Source: Lama glama (taxonomy: Eukaryota). From it: a stretch of DNA of 64,000 nucleotides. The position numbers and the translations under genes are program-made. Of the stretch, positions 1 to 13,564 are shown in pieces. The stretch is taken from NCBI GenBank assembly GCA_028534125.1, contig CM052828.1:50158001-50222000 (forward strand), in the 5' to 3' direction. The notes beneath the pieces are model-generated. The model saw only the letters and a program-made list of their open reading frames with translations. It was not told where the DNA came from and made no database searches. Each line of letters opens with the position of its first letter. Position 1 is the stretch's first letter.

Positions 1-222
1 AGGTTGGAGTGATTGTAGCTTCGAGGGAAGGCAGGCCAAGGATTGCCCGCAACCACCAAAAGCTACAAGAGGGAAGGGAGGATTCCCCCTTATACGATTC
101 AGAAGGATCATGACCGTGCAGACACCGGGATTTCAAACATCCAGCCCCCAGGACTGGGAAACAATTCCTATGATTCGGAGCTACTGGTTTGTGTACTTTG
201 CTACGGCGGCCCCAGAGAACCC
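1..222 (+). mobile_element. MaLR MLT1-type LTR, 3' part
   Basis: gccaaggattgcc...caccaaaagcta...gatttcaaacatccagcccccaggactg...tactttgctacggcggcccca resembles an MLT1 3' half. Confidence 0.7.
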
Positions 223-1602
223 ACACAAAGCCTTACAAGGATTCTTGTGTAACAGAAACAAGCTACCTGTGTAAGCAGACGTAACGTGGGTAACTCTAGG
301 ACCCACAGGCAAACCGAATCCCCACGAATACACCGTGGGGGAAGGGGAAAGGGATGAAACAGGCACCTGAGGATGTTTGAGAAAAAACACACGAATAGTA
401 ACCCACTGCCTAAAACTCACAAACACCCTTCGAGTCCTTGACACGCTAGACGATCATGCCCCAAAGCTACAAATTTGATAGCAAAGTTCTACTTCAGAAG
501 AACAACTGGTAAAAACCGAGCAGGCAAAATGACTTCCATGCAGGAAAAGGAAAATATGATTCTTGCATTTCTCTGAAAGTCCAGCTGGCACGAGACAAGA
601 TCCGCTCCCTCACGCCTCCTTTCGTCCAGGCTCCGAAGAACCTTGAGACCAGGCACCACTACTCCAACCTGCCCCCAGCCCGTGTCCAGCAGGGCGACGG
701 GATGGACAGGCGGTGCTGAGGACGCATCTGCAGGCTTTCAACCACCACAGCCCGATCTCTCCCTCCACACCACCTCTCCCCTCACCAGCCAGGTACGAGC
801 CTGCTGCAATTCATCTCTCTCCCAATTCTCCTTTCTCCTTGAAACGTAATTTCAGAATCTCACTTACTATTGATCATTGCAAATACTGACACAGTGTTCT
901 TTCACTGGTTCCTTCCCCAGCACTCCCCTACACCACCGAACCTGTCCCAACACCACTCCATCCTGACCCCTCTCCAGCACCCCTGAGAATGTCCACCGGG
1001 CTGAAAACCCTCCAGCGACCCAGCAGCACCTAAGTCCACAGCCCCCAAGTGGCCTCCGCCTGGATCCCTGAGTACGGATCCCACCCATCGTTCCGGGAAC
1101 CAGCTCAGGATGTCCTGGGCTGGCACTGCCCTCCCTACCTCTGATCCCCACTGTGATGTTGCGTCACAGAGAAGGGAGACACTACGTCATTCACCTACTT
1201 ACAGACGCAGTCCCAACCCCAACTGAGACCAAGCCTTGCACAGAGTTGGGCCATCGAGGGTGTCTGCCAAAGGAGGACAGACTGTATCACTAGCTCAAAT
1301 CAGTCCAACCACTGACTGCATGGCTACAGCCTTACCCGGTCTGAGCTGATACAGCAACAAGCAAAAGGTGTATGTATGTTACACATCTTGTCTAGACAGA
1401 ATCAAAGTCCAACTTCAGCTTACGCATACCACGGCATAAAAACTCAGTGCTCAGTGTGTGCATATTGAAAGAGAAACTCCCAGCTTTCAAATGGCTCCAA
1501 GAGAGTTAAATCTCACCTAATTGGAACACAGTGACACCGTATAAAAGGAAGCATTTTACATAAAGTCCACCTACAACAAAGAAAACCTATTTGTCATCAA
1601 AC

Positions 1603-1852
1603 CTTGATTCTTCGGATGCTGACGACGGCCTCTGACACCTTCTCAATGGCCGAAGGGAAGAAGAGGGTGACCGTCAACCGCACAGCCCCGTACAGCGTCA
1701 CCGCCACAAACACGCGGCTGGCTGTGATCATGTTACCAAGGAGCACATAGGCAGTGAAGGTAACAAAAACGATGATTTTGCTTGCAGTGAAAAATGACGC
1801 CAAATTCATTCCTCTAAGGTACGAACTTCTCAGAATCTTAGAAATTTCCTTC
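1603..1852 (-). CDS. ABCC4: ABCC4 coding exon (exon 8 equivalent, 250 nt, to aa 387)
   Basis: Acceptor ttccag|GAAG and donor AAG|gtttga. Translates [83 protein letters not shown] (TM5-TM6). The gene continues beyond position 1. Confidence 0.98.
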
Positions 1853-2974
1853 CTGGAAGAGAAGGGTAGGGGTTTTATAGGAAGCGTCGACATCCATGTC
1901 ATGAATTCAAATGCCCCATGCGAGTGGCCCATTTTAAGGGAGTGGGCACAGATCAACATAAACCTCCCCCCACATCATGGAGATAAGACAGTGCACACTG
2001 GGGGTTCTGCCCCGACACAGGGACTACAGACTTCATCACCACTTCACTCATCCAACTACAAGGAGACAATGTTGCACTTTCAAACATTTTGGGTCAATCA
2101 GACTGGTTCTGACCCACTCAACAGTATTTGTCAGCCTAAGTTTCGCGCCAGGCACCTTGAGGACAACAGAAAGACACAGCCCGACCCTTCCAGGAGCTCA
2201 TGAACTCGTAAGAAGAGAATAAGCAACCCTAAATTATGAGGCCCAGAGACGTCAGACAGAGGCAGCCAGCACAGCCCCCGTGGGAGCACAGGGCAGTGGA
2301 GTCAGGGCAAGTCTCCAGCACGTGGAACCTGAGAGCATGAGCTGAAGGCAGTCAGGCTGGGCAGAGTCCAGGGAATAATGAGGAAGAGAGTGTATTCCAA
2401 GCAGAGGGAGGTGCACCCGCAAAGGGGAAAGTGGGAGAGGTGGCAGGTGCTACCAGAACATTCCAAGTACCCTGTGCTGGAGGATAAAAACTCACTGGAT
2501 ACTTAAACAGAAGATGGGAAAAAAATTCTACAAACATACAGAAAAGCAAAAAGGAAGAGTATCCTCATGACTGTTTAGAATGAAGAATACTCACTCATAA
2601 AGTCTGGCCCGATGCTGGTACCCGGATCTCTGTAATCTCCTCATTTGTGCTACATTAGCATAAATTAGTTTTAGTTTAAAAGCCATCACCTCAAATACTA
2701 ACCAGTGCTTGTTCAGGATCTGTAGTATTAAGCATTTGAAAGTTTATTTCTATACAAGGAAGAAGCATGTACACTTACTCCTTTAAGAAGCAGATTAAAA
2801 TGACATCTCCACTATTCCACGTAACCCTACTGTCATATGCAATGGGTAGATGGATGGTATTTAAATTCACCTGAATGTGAAAACTTAGTAAGACTTCTAA
2901 GTCACTCAGTAAACACAGGAAATTTAAAAAGCACGAAACTAGCGCGCGATATACACAGAAACACATAAACATAC

Positions 2975-3100
2975 CTTCTCAAATTGGTGATGAGGTCTGC
3001 AAAAGACTTTTCCCAAGCATACATTTTTATTATCCTGATGCCAGTTATCACTTCATTCATGGTCCTGATCCTGACGTCTGTGAAAGCTGCGGTCTTACTC
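2975..3100 (-). CDS. ABCC4: ABCC4 coding exon (exon 7 equivalent, 126 nt); absent from the ORF track
   Basis: Acceptor tttcag|GAGT and donor AG|gtatgt. Manual translation gives (R)[41 protein letters not shown](R), containing the ABCC IKMYAWE motif. Phase 2-2 fits the neighbouring exons. Confidence 0.98.
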
Positions 3101-3459
3101 CTGAAAGGGACACACGTGAGAGGTGAGCCTCAGTGACCACGGTCCAATTCCCTTAGTAGCAGCAGCAGCAGACACAGGCAGGGACCGGGGCTCGCACGAT
3201 CCCCTACAGCTCTTGCGCTGACAACACAGGCAGGCCCTACTCAAAGTACAAATGCAGAGAAGGACTTCGATTAGGCAGCCAACAGTTCAGGTGCGCTGAC
3301 ATGAGGCTGGAGCCGCCCCCGGCTAAGCCGGAAGGATCTACAGCGTGCACAGCAGGCATCACTGAAGGCATTTGTTTTAGATTTGAACAGAAGCGTTAAG
3401 AAGACTGTGCCTGTGACCAAATACACACCACCTATTTTTTAAACCAGTGTTTCTCTTAC

Positions 3460-3623
3460 CGGAGTGATGAAAACAACTTCCCGATGCAGCTTTGCAAAGG
3501 CAGAAGAATAATTAGGATTGCCATCCCGGCAAGACATGAAATTCCTACTTCCATCCAGAGCAGGACGGTCACTAGCACAGCCTGCAGTGGCCCTGCCCAC
3601 AGAAAGTGCAAGAAGATCGTTAC
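3460..3623 (-). CDS. ABCC4: ABCC4 coding exon (exon 6 equivalent, 164 nt)
   Basis: Acceptor tttaag|GTA and donor CG|gtaaga. Translates [54 protein letters not shown](R). Confidence 0.98.
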
Positions 3624-4655
3624 CTTAAAAGAAAAAGACAAAGCCTTCTCAGAACTGTGTCAAAACAAATTCATTAAGGACACAGGATAGAAGCAACCGG
3701 CTCTGAAGGAACAGAAAGGAGCCTGAACAGAAATGACCACTGCGGGTTTCAAAGCCACTGAAGCAGAAATCCGAGCACCCACCACAGACGAAGCTGTTCC
3801 GGGAGCACAGGGTCAGCTTCAGGGACGTCCACGGAGAACCAGTCCCACGACATTGGTCTTGATTTTGTCTAGATGAACTCAGGGCTCCCCCAAGTTCTCT
3901 CTGCCCCAACATTCAGCACCCCTCTCCCCTGGGGCTACCCAGCACGCTAGGAAAGCCTGTATTACGGTACACACCACACTGTCCAGTAATTACTTCTGTA
4001 TGTATCTCCCGGACAAGCTGTGGCTTCTCCAGGGCAGAAACTAAGCCTATTCATCCCCGAAGCTGAGCAGGGGCTTGATCTCATGTTTGATGAATAAGTA
4101 ACTGAGACAGAAGTGTCTACAGCAATACTGATCGGACCAACAGCTACAATCTTCTGGATAATGTGATCTATTCATGAGTTAAAGAGTGTGAGACAGCAGA
4201 GTAAGTTGCTCCTGGCTAGGGACCACCCATTGGCACCACTGATCGAAGGCTGCCTGTGCAGCAGGCACTGTGCAGGGCTCAGGGAGAAGGATGATCCGTG
4301 CCCACCAGGTGCCCATCATCTAGAGAAGTAAGACAGTTCAGGCAGCAACACTGACACCGCGAGCCAAGAGGACCACCCAGGAGGACCCTCGGGTACACTA
4401 ACCAAGCTGGGCAAGAACACTGCTGCCTATTTATTACTGAAGTTATGTCACAGGCAACATTAGAAAAACAGAACTCTCGTGCACAGAACAACACACATTA
4501 TTGCATTTAATCTGAACACAAAAGCAATGTGCATTGGATAAAAAGAACCCTTGCCTTCTGTCCTCCACGGAAGGACACTGGCACCTGGCATCTCAACGAG
4601 CTAAACCAAGGAAGAAGGGTGGTAAAAGAAAGAGGATCCCTTAGGGGCAGCTTAC

Positions 4656-4745
4656 CTGATCAAACTTGTTCACATCGTTGGACAGCAGATTGACTATCTG
4701 GCCTGTGGTGGTCTTCCCCATGGCCACATTACTCAGGCGAAGTGC
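4656..4745 (-). CDS. ABCC4: ABCC4 coding exon (exon 5 equivalent, 90 nt, aa 178-207)
   Basis: Acceptor ttccag|GCA and donor CAG|gtaagc. Translates [30 protein letters not shown]. Confidence 0.98.
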
Positions 4746-6337
4746 CTGGAATGAGAAAGGGAAACAGAATATTGGATTCCTACGGTACCACCAAGTCATT
4801 CTTAGAACGGAGCAAAATGGTACAGTTTTCACAGGGTCTTGAGTGGTGTCAGGACAAGCAGGATGACCCCTGACAGTGGAGACCCACATTCAGCCTTCAA
4901 CTCCTCCAGTGTGGCCGCAGCCACACCCCACAAGAGCAGCAAAGGGAGGATAGAAGGTAGAAGCAAAATCCCCCCATTTTTTGATGAATTCAGACATGCC
5001 CAGAGTATAAAGGGCGGGAGGATTATACATAGGAGCCAACTAACATATTTGGAGTTAAATTCAATGAGAGATGCAAGGCTGCCTTGCAGAAAGAAATTAG
5101 GGGATTTACACTATCAATCTGTAAATCAATCATTAATTCTGGGTGTGATGTCACTGAAGCACTCTGGTCTCAATTCTCTCATTCTTTGAATGGAAATCAC
5201 CCCTCACTGTGCATAAGACCATGATTCCTATAAGAACGAACTGCCAAATATTTATTATCCATTATGTGGAGAACACCAGGAGCTCCAGGAGACAAAATGG
5301 CTGGTGAGTCACGTCTTTCTGTCTTTGGAGATGGGATAAGACATGTACCAACACCTGTAATTCAAGTGTGAACTGAACAGTAGTAGATACACCAGCGCAG
5401 GGAACTGGGGAAGGTTTCAGCTGAGCTGTGACACTGCGGGAAGGACCGAGTGTGGATGATGAAGAAGAGAAAATTTATGGAGAGAAAGGAAGGGTACTGT
5501 GGGTGAGAGGAACCCACGCAGGGAATCGGAGAGGGAAAATGTGGAGGCAGCTGGGTAAACACCCAAAATCTGGCTAGAAAGGTGGGCTGGGAAACAGCCA
5601 AAGACTTCGGAAGGCAACACGGAACAGTGGCTGTTTTTTCATGTCAGAGTAACATATGAGATGTGAGCCCTGGGACTGGCCTGGCTTTCTCCCTGGGGGC
5701 ATCGTCTACCCGAAGACAACTGCGATTTGACTGAACTGAAGAGGAAGAGACGGCTGCTCCAAGTTGCATTAACGTCTGGAATTTGTGGGCAGGAGTAACA
5801 GAAGGTAGGACCTCTGACAGAGGTAGAAGTTTTTATGGGGATTTCCCAAGGGTGCTTTGCAAGAGCTTCACTGCCCGTGAGCAACGGGGACCCCGTGAGG
5901 CCTCGGAGATGTCATGCAGCACCCGTAGACACTGTAGCTTCTGTCCATCTAGAAAAAGGAGATCTTCATAAGCTCCTCAGACGTTCATTCAGCTGAAGTG
6001 CCAGGAAGGCCACAGTAAGATCACACTCCAGAGTAAGAGCCATACGCTTGGACTAAGTTCACAATGGAAATAACTGCCCAAGACACACAGACAGACAGAG
6101 AACAAATGAACCAATTCTGCCAGGATCAATCTACTGGGAATTGCCCATAAGGACCAGACTCAACGCCTTTTCATCCAGACTCCCTATAATGTATCCTTCA
6201 CAACATCCAACATAATCAGACAATTATTAGACATGCAAAGAAGAAAGCTGTACCCATAATCAAGAGGGAAAAATACAAGTGGACCCTAAGATGATCCAGA
6301 TTTGGAACTAGTAGACAAGACTATAAACAACTATGTT

Positions 6338-6862
6338 CCTTCATCAGTGTTTCAGTTTTTAGAGTGTAGGTGGCTTCCTTGATTAGCTTTGTTTCTGGGT
6401 GTTTTGTTGCTTTTGATGCAATGGGAATGTTTGTGCCAGTTGTAGAGTTCTGGATTTTGAAGTGAAGAAAGAGGAGGGTGAGTGAGGGGCCGCAAATGGC
6501 AGAATATCCTTCTTTCTTGTGGGTGAGTTGTGTTCCATTACATACAAATGCTGCATCTTCTTTACCCATTCATGTATTGATGTGCACTTGGGATGCTTCC
6601 ATATCTTGGTAATTATAATAGTGTTGCTATTAATAGTGGGGTGTATGTGTCTTTTTTAATTGATTCTTATTTTGTGGTTGGTTTTACTCCTCTGATAACT
6701 ATGCAAGTTTGGAAAGCTGAAGCTCTGCTCAAACAATGAGCAGTACATATATGTAAACTGAAAAAAAGTATGTGGGGTGTATTGTGTATATGTGCTTGTA
6801 TGCAGTATATTGTATATGTGCAGTCAAATTGTGACAATTCTACCTAATAAAACTGAAAAATG
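6338..6862. mobile_element. Younger L1 insertion with inverted 5' segment, nested in the older L1
   Basis: About 6340-6663 is antisense L1 ORF2/3' sequence. About 6665-6862 is a sense 3'-tail-like segment with AATAAA and an A-rich end. Degenerate TSD aaacaactatgtt / aaacaaaatatggtt. Confidence 0.6.
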
Positions 6863-7364
6863 AAACAAAATATGGTTGTAACAGTGAATGAATGGGCAAT
6901 TTCAGGACAGAGATGGTATCATCAAAAAGAACCAAATGGGAATAACAGAAGTAAAAAAGTACAACCTCAAAAATTCACTAGATGACTTTAATAGCAGATA
7001 ATCCCATTTATCTGTGCCCAGACTCATAAAGCTTTCTTTTAGCTTACAATCTAATGAACAAACAGAAAACAGAGACTGCGTGCAAGATGGATTGAAAAAA
7101 GACTAAGGGTTCAATGGACAACACAAGCCCTGAAGCACCCGTAATTGGATGACAAAATACGGAAGAAAAAAATATATATTTGAAGGAATAATGGTTCAAA
7201 ATGTTCCAAGTTTGGTAGAAAATATTAACACGCATACCTAAGAATGACAGCAACCCCCAAGGATGTGCCTATGGCACGTTACCTACAGAGGAACAACACA
7301 ACTGCAAGCTGACTTACCAGAATCCATGGAGACAAGAAACACAGCATTTACCAAAGGAAAACAA

Positions 7365-7505
7365 CATTCTGTAACCATGTGTGCTGATGGATGTTCACTA
7401 TATTTTCTGTGGTGATCATTTTGCAGTATGCACAAATACTGAATCATTATGCTGCATGCCTGTAACTAACATGCTATATGTCAATTTTACCTCAATTTTA
7501 AAAAA
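7365..7505 (+). mobile_element. L1 3' UTR tail fragment
   Basis: gatggatgttcacta...gtggtgatcattttgcagtatg...gtcaattttacctcaattttaaaaaa. Confidence 0.75.
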
Positions 7506-10061
7506 GGAGAAAAGGAGACAGTGAAGAAAAGAAGTGCTGAGAGTGCTGAAAAGAAAACAGCAGAATTCTATAACCAACAAAAATGTCCTTCAAATGATGA
7601 GGGTGATATTATGACATTCTCAGGTAAACAAAGTCTGAGAGACTTTCAGCGGATAAGAAAGTATAAAAGATGTTCTTCTTAAGCTAAAGGGAAACAGCAC
7701 CAGGTAGAAAGGCATAGATGTACAAAAATAACGAAAAACCAAACTGGCAAATAAGTAAGTAAACACAAATTCTATCTTTCTTTTTAATTTATTTGAAAAA
7801 CGGCTGCTTAAAGCAAAAAAAAAAAAAGGTTAACACTGCATTGTGTATGTGGATGTAAAAACGTGTAAACAACAATAGCACAAGGGACTGGGAACAGCAA
7901 TAGAATGTTACTACTATGTTTCTTATATTTTACGTAAAGTGTCCCAATATTAACTTACAATAAAAAACTGTAATAAGATGCCTATTTTAATCCCTAAAGC
8001 AACATTAAAAATACAGGAGATAATGCTAAAAAGCAAAGGAATCAAAATGGAGTACTAAAATATAGCTAACTGACTGAAATAAGTCCGAGTAGAAAAAAAG
8101 AACAAAAGCAGGTGAAACAAAATAGAAAGTAGTAAAGTGACAGGCTTAAACCCAATCACATCAGTATTTACACTTAATGCAGAGACTAACACTCCAATTA
8201 AAAGCCAGAGACTGTCACACAGGATTAACAAAAGAAAGACCCAGCCTGCTGTACAAGTGAGATTCAATTTAAATAAAGTAAAAGGAAGGGAAAAGATATG
8301 CCAGGCAAACAGTAGGCACAAGAAGCCAGGTGTGGCTATATTATCTCAGATAATGTTGATTTTGAGACAAGGAATTAAATTACCAGAGATTAAGAGGTAC
8401 ATTTCATAATAATATGGTAGTCAATTCACCATACTCCTAAGTGTGTATGGATCTAACTACAGAGCTTCAACATATATAGGACAAAAAAAGACAGAACTAT
8501 GGAGAAAAATCAGAAAACCCCTCAATCATAACAGGAGATTTCAACATCCTTCTTCTCAGTAATTATTACAAGTAGACCAAAAGTAAATCAATAAGGATAC
8601 AGAAGATTTAGATAGTAAGTAACCACTTTAATCTAACTGACAGTGATGGACCACCACACACAATTGTAGGACAATTTTTTCAAGTACACATTGTAAGTTC
8701 ACCAACATAGACCATACGCTGGGGCCATAAAATAAATCTCAGTAAGTTTCGAAATGTAAAAATGTTACACAGAACGTTCTCTGTTGACAAAAGAATTAAA
8801 TTAGAAATCAGTAAGATATCTCTTAAAAGCCAACTATTTGGAAATTAACCATACATTTCTAAATAACTATGGGCCACAAAAAAATATCACAAGGGAAATA
8901 AGAAATATGAGTAATCAATTACATCTCTGTTGCCCTCAGGAGCTATCAGCTAGCTGAGTGCACAGAACTGTTGCATTCATTCATGTCATCATGATCATAA
9001 AATTAGCTACCATTTAGTGAGCAGATACTGCATATCAGACGCTGAATAGGAAACAACCCTACAAAGTAAAAATTATTCCTATTTTGCAGATAAGAAAATA
9101 AGCTGAAACTCTTCACGCCTGACAGAGAATAGGCACTCTTTTTTTTTTAATAAAGCAAAGTTACCACTGTTCCTCATTAATGCAGAGAACTAAAATTTGC
9201 TCTAATAACATGTATGTGTTACAGTCAAAAACTATTCACATCCAGTATAGAGATAAACAACATACAAATTAATGCTAATGTTTTGGTTTTCTATTTGCTT
9301 AAGTTGACATGCTATAAAGGGATATTATTTGGTTAAATTTTCCTTGTGAAAACAAAATAGTTCCACCATTAGAACAATAAAAGGCAAACAAAACAAACTA
9401 GAAACAATATTTGCACCATATATGACAGACCCAAAATTAATCTCTTTAATAAATCAAGAGCATGTAAATACCAAAAGAATTACAAAAGCGTACCATTTTT
9501 TTTTTAAAGGGCAAAGAATATGTACAGGAAAGCCACTTTGGAAAAACACAAATGGCTAATGAAAATCTGCAAATACTCAAATCCAAAAATCCTCAAAACA
9601 TCCATGCTTGGCAAGGGTGTGGGGACATCTTGTTTTAATAGAATTTAAACAGTTAACTCTAGAAGGAAATCTGGTACACTAAAAGGCTTCAAATGTATAC
9701 ACCCTGAGAAATAAAGGATGTCCCCAAAGGTGCAGTTTCAATCAGGTTCATCACACTGCTGTTTGTTAATATATACAAACCAGAAAACAATCTAAATATC
9801 AACTTACTAAAAATTATAAAACAAAATAAATATCTAATTACTGATTACAATAGAATCCACATGGCCATTAAGAACAGTATTAATGAATTATGGAATGCAA
9901 ATTCCATTTAAGTAGGGATCCACTTATGGTTGGTTCCTACTCTGGGAAAGGGGGGCTGGGTGCTGAAAATACACACGGGGTTATAAGGGAACTCTACAGC
10001 CTAGGCCAAAACCTTAATTTGTTCAATTTTTTAAAAACAATAAATGCAAGAGATATTTGTC

Positions 10062-10130
10062 CACACACCAGAAACTGACACAACATTGTAAAATGACTAT
10101 ACTTCAATTTTAAAAAGGTTTTTAAAAAAA
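10062..10130 (+). mobile_element. Very short lineage-specific L1 3' tail
   Basis: acaccagaaactgacacaacattgtaaaatgactatacttcaa plus A tail; flanking repeat atatttgtc on both sides. Confidence 0.7.
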
Positions 10131-11110
10131 GAATATTTGTCATTCACTTGAAGAACAAACTGTTTCTCGTTTCTCATTTATTTTAAATCAGCAGACATGA
10201 AACACCAAACCTTAGTGTGCACACGTAAATACCAAAATACCACTATGAAAGGAACAGAGAGAAAGAACGTTCTTTCCACAGAATTGAGTTTTCAGGACTG
10301 GTGAGAAGTACTATCGCTTTAAGACTCTAATCTCCATTTGAGTGGAAACTCCCCAAACCCTTTTTCAGCAGCCCTGTAACACAGAGGGTGCAAGCTGTAG
10401 TGCACCATCCTCAGGGTGCAGATTTTCTCATCACCGACGTGATTCTCAGCCAATGTCAGTGCCCCTCAGTGTATGTGGAGGCTCCTCTCCAGCACAGAGC
10501 GCCCCAGCGGCCATGCTTTTGGGGTTTTCTGTATGTTATAATTCTATCCTGCCCCTTGCCATCAGGCCATCCCTTCAATAGACTATCTCACCATTGCATA
10601 CTGCTGTTTCTACACTAAGATACAGCTTCATGCTATTTTGAGCCCAAGTAAGCAGGCTCTAAAAGGCCTTCAGAACAGAAGACAAGCACGTGTGTCACTT
10701 GTTTTGCGTTTCTGACTTACTTCCTGGTCTGTGGCCCTTCCCCCAGAGTTGAGCCTGTGGGATGATGCAGTTTCTAGGTACACTGGGTATGACTCCAACA
10801 GGCAACTATGGTTAGCTCACCCGAAGCAGAAAATTGCTGTATTTTTCCCATATCGTTGCCCAGAGTTGCTTAGCAATGCTGTCACACCTACTTTCATGAC
10901 TGCACAATCTAAAGCGATTAATCTCCGCTTCTGAGGGGAGGACCCACAAGCTGCCTATTTATTACCTTCCGTCCCCGTGAGCGTGATGGGTGACCTCTGC
11001 AAAACTAACTGGATTTCCTCTATGGTTCTGTAGGAAAAAAACAGATTCAGGGAAATGAAACACAGTGCATACAAGGTCAACAACCTGTCGTTCTCTGATC
11101 TTCTGAACTT

Positions 11111-11262
11111 CTTTTTTTTTTAATTTTTAATTTTATTTTTGGGGGGAGGTAACTAGGTTTGTTTGTTTGTTTGTTTATTTTTAGAGGAGGTACAGGGGAT
11201 TGAACCCAGGAACTAGAGCAAGCCACGGCATGTGCTCTACCACTTGAGCTATATCTTCCCCC
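11111..11262 (-). mobile_element. tRNA-derived SINE (Vic-1-like, camelid)
   Basis: Reverse strand reads gggggaagatatagctcaagtggtagagcacatg...cctgggttcaatcccc (Pol III A and B boxes). A-rich tail; degenerate TSD cctgYcRttctctgatct. Confidence 0.9.
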
Positions 11263-12490
11263 TGCCATTCTCTGATCTGACAATTCCATTGGCTTTTTTT
11301 TTTTTTTTTTTTTTTTGGTGGGGCAGTGGAGGCATCGTGGGCCTGATTTTCCATGGCTGACACCAAACCTAGGACATCTATTCTAAAGCGCTATGCATTT
11401 ATCTCCTGGAAGTACCATTAACTTTCATTTAAATTCTGATAGCCACCTTTTACCTTTACACCACTGTGACCCACTAGAGCCCAGAAAGCCATGCACAGAA
11501 ATGACAAGGATGCCTCCGAGTGGGAGGACCCCAGGGCCACGCTGTGGACCCGAGAACCACAGTGGCTTCCTCAGGAGGAGTTTCTCCACATTCCCTGACC
11601 TGATCCCCTCTCGGCCAAGTCCCTGAGGCTGGCCTCTCTGATGCCCTAGTAACTACCCCCGCCCGGGCCCTAGCACTCCAGCAAGGTGACAAGCAGAACA
11701 TGGCCAGGCCCCCATCTGACAACCGCCACACAGAATGCCCAGCTGTTTGCTGCTGGACCACACAACATGCAAAACACCACTCCTCACCGTGGGGGGCAGA
11801 AAGTGCCCCAGGTCCTTGGAAACATTCCAGAAAATGTGAATCAAGGAACTAAAAATAGGTGTTTCCATGGGGCGGGGGTAGTCAACATACATTGTTCTAG
11901 GAAACTTAACTCCAGCTTAACGAAGTCCATGGTATCAATGCAAAGAACACGTAAGGAAATTTCATGGTCGGATGTTCAAAGGGAGGTCACATCCCCAGAT
12001 AATGACTGCAAAACCCAACTCCTCACCCCCAGACCCTCTCACCACCAACTGCTTCGTTTGAAAGAGAAGCCCTGTCTTACTGGTTTGCTGATCAAGAGAG
12101 GGAAAGATAAATGAGCACCGGAGAATAGCTGCGGCAAAGGTGAGCGGGCGGGCAGGCAACAGGAAGAAGGAAAAGCAGGCAGGGAGTGAAAAGCCCACGG
12201 CGGGGAGAAGGCGACCCAGAACATACACAAATACAAATTTTAGAAGATAATCTTAATGAGAATACAAATGAACTTCACCCCCCCACAGAAAGGAGAAAAA
12301 ATGGCTTCTATCAACATCTTTTAAAATGCTTCATTTTTCCCAATTTCGAAAATATACATTTCTATAAATCTATCTTCTCAAAACTGACATGCTCAGTCAT
12401 AAAACTTCATATAGGAGGCTGTATGTTAAGTCTTTTATAGCAACTATACTAAGAATCATTTTTGTCTGTAATGAAGTTTCCAATTATTTT

Positions 12491-12700
12491 TAATTTTTTT
12501 TACTGAGGTATAGTCAGTATACACAACAATGTTGTGTCAATTTCTGGTGTACAGCACAATGCTTCAGTCATACATGAATATGCATATATTCATTTTCATA
12601 CTCTTTTTCACCGTGAGCTACAAGATGTTGAATATATTTCCCTGTGCGTTACAGAATAAACCTGTTCATCTATTTTATATATACCAGTCAGTGTCTGCAA
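12491..12700 (-). mobile_element. 5'-truncated lineage-specific L1 3' end
   Basis: L1 3' UTR tail with TSD tccaattatttt (12479-12490 / 12701-12712). Confidence 0.88.
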
Positions 12701-13564
12701 TCCAATTATTTTATCACGTGCCTTCTTTCAGACCAAAAGAGGACAAGAGGGAATATGCCCGCGACAAACTCCCCCAGGGTATGTAATTATACTGAGAAGT
12801 TGTTAAAAGGAGCGTATTTTACAAGGTGTGAATTTTCCTTTTTCCTAGTGGTGTATGTTTATCAAAGTACTGAACTCGCGGAGCCTGGATAAGCCACAAA
12901 CCTGAAGTAACCAACAGTGTGTACTTATGCGATATTGCAAAACTAGTCGCATTACTCCTCCCCTCAAACACCAGCTTGGATGCTTTCAGGAAATGAAGAC
13001 ATCTGTGTAGCAGAATGGGGAGGGAGGGGATTAAAAGACAACACTTAAAGAGGCTGCCTAAAGAATGATTTATTCACAACCTACATTTTTATAACCAAAC
13101 GGATCAAGAGCAGTGAGTGATGCCTTAATTCTTCTCATTGATGCTTATGAAGGAATTAGGAGAAAAATACGAAGAACCATGAGGAAAAGCTCCTCTCTCA
13201 CACTTTTTCCAAATTCCATCTTCCCAAATCCCACGTTTTCCTACATACTGGAGTAGAGCAAACCAAACAGCAGCCGGGTGCCAACAGCTGTAAAGTCCCA
13301 GAGATACTGAGCAAAGACAATGACCAGGGTAGTTCAGGTAATGAGTCCCGGAGGGAGGAGGGAGGAGGAGATGGGGACTTCAAAACAGGGCCAAGGCAGA
13401 GCCAAGGGCTCAGAGAGGCAGCCAGAGGGTGTGCCTTCCCTTCCCTCCACAGCTAAATTCATCACCAGAGCTAAGTTCATCACCACAGCTGAGGATCAGG
13501 GTGAATGGTTAATTTTTTCCAATGAACGCTGAGAATGTATGACCTCTCTCTTCTCAAAGAATTA

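Larger units (their letters stand above)
6050..8910 (+). mobile_element. Old L1 (L1M-type) fragment: 5'/ORF1 remnant plus ORF2 endonuclease remnant, with nested younger L1 pieces
   Basis: ORF 8137-8409 (MTGLNPITSVFTLNA..NTPIKSQRL..KVKGREKICQANSRHKKPGVAIL) matches the L1 ORF2p endonuclease N-terminus. A-rich with multiple frameshifts. Boundaries approximate. Confidence 0.88.

Noticed and set aside
1597-1959. ORF-track starts and stops around the ABCC4 exons (also 23089-23442, 4641-4889, 3456-3641)
   Set aside because: The extensions are intronic read-through; the true boundaries are the splice sites given in the features.
8137-8409. 90-aa ORF with endonuclease similarity
   Set aside because: Frameshifted remnant of L1 ORF2p, not a host gene.
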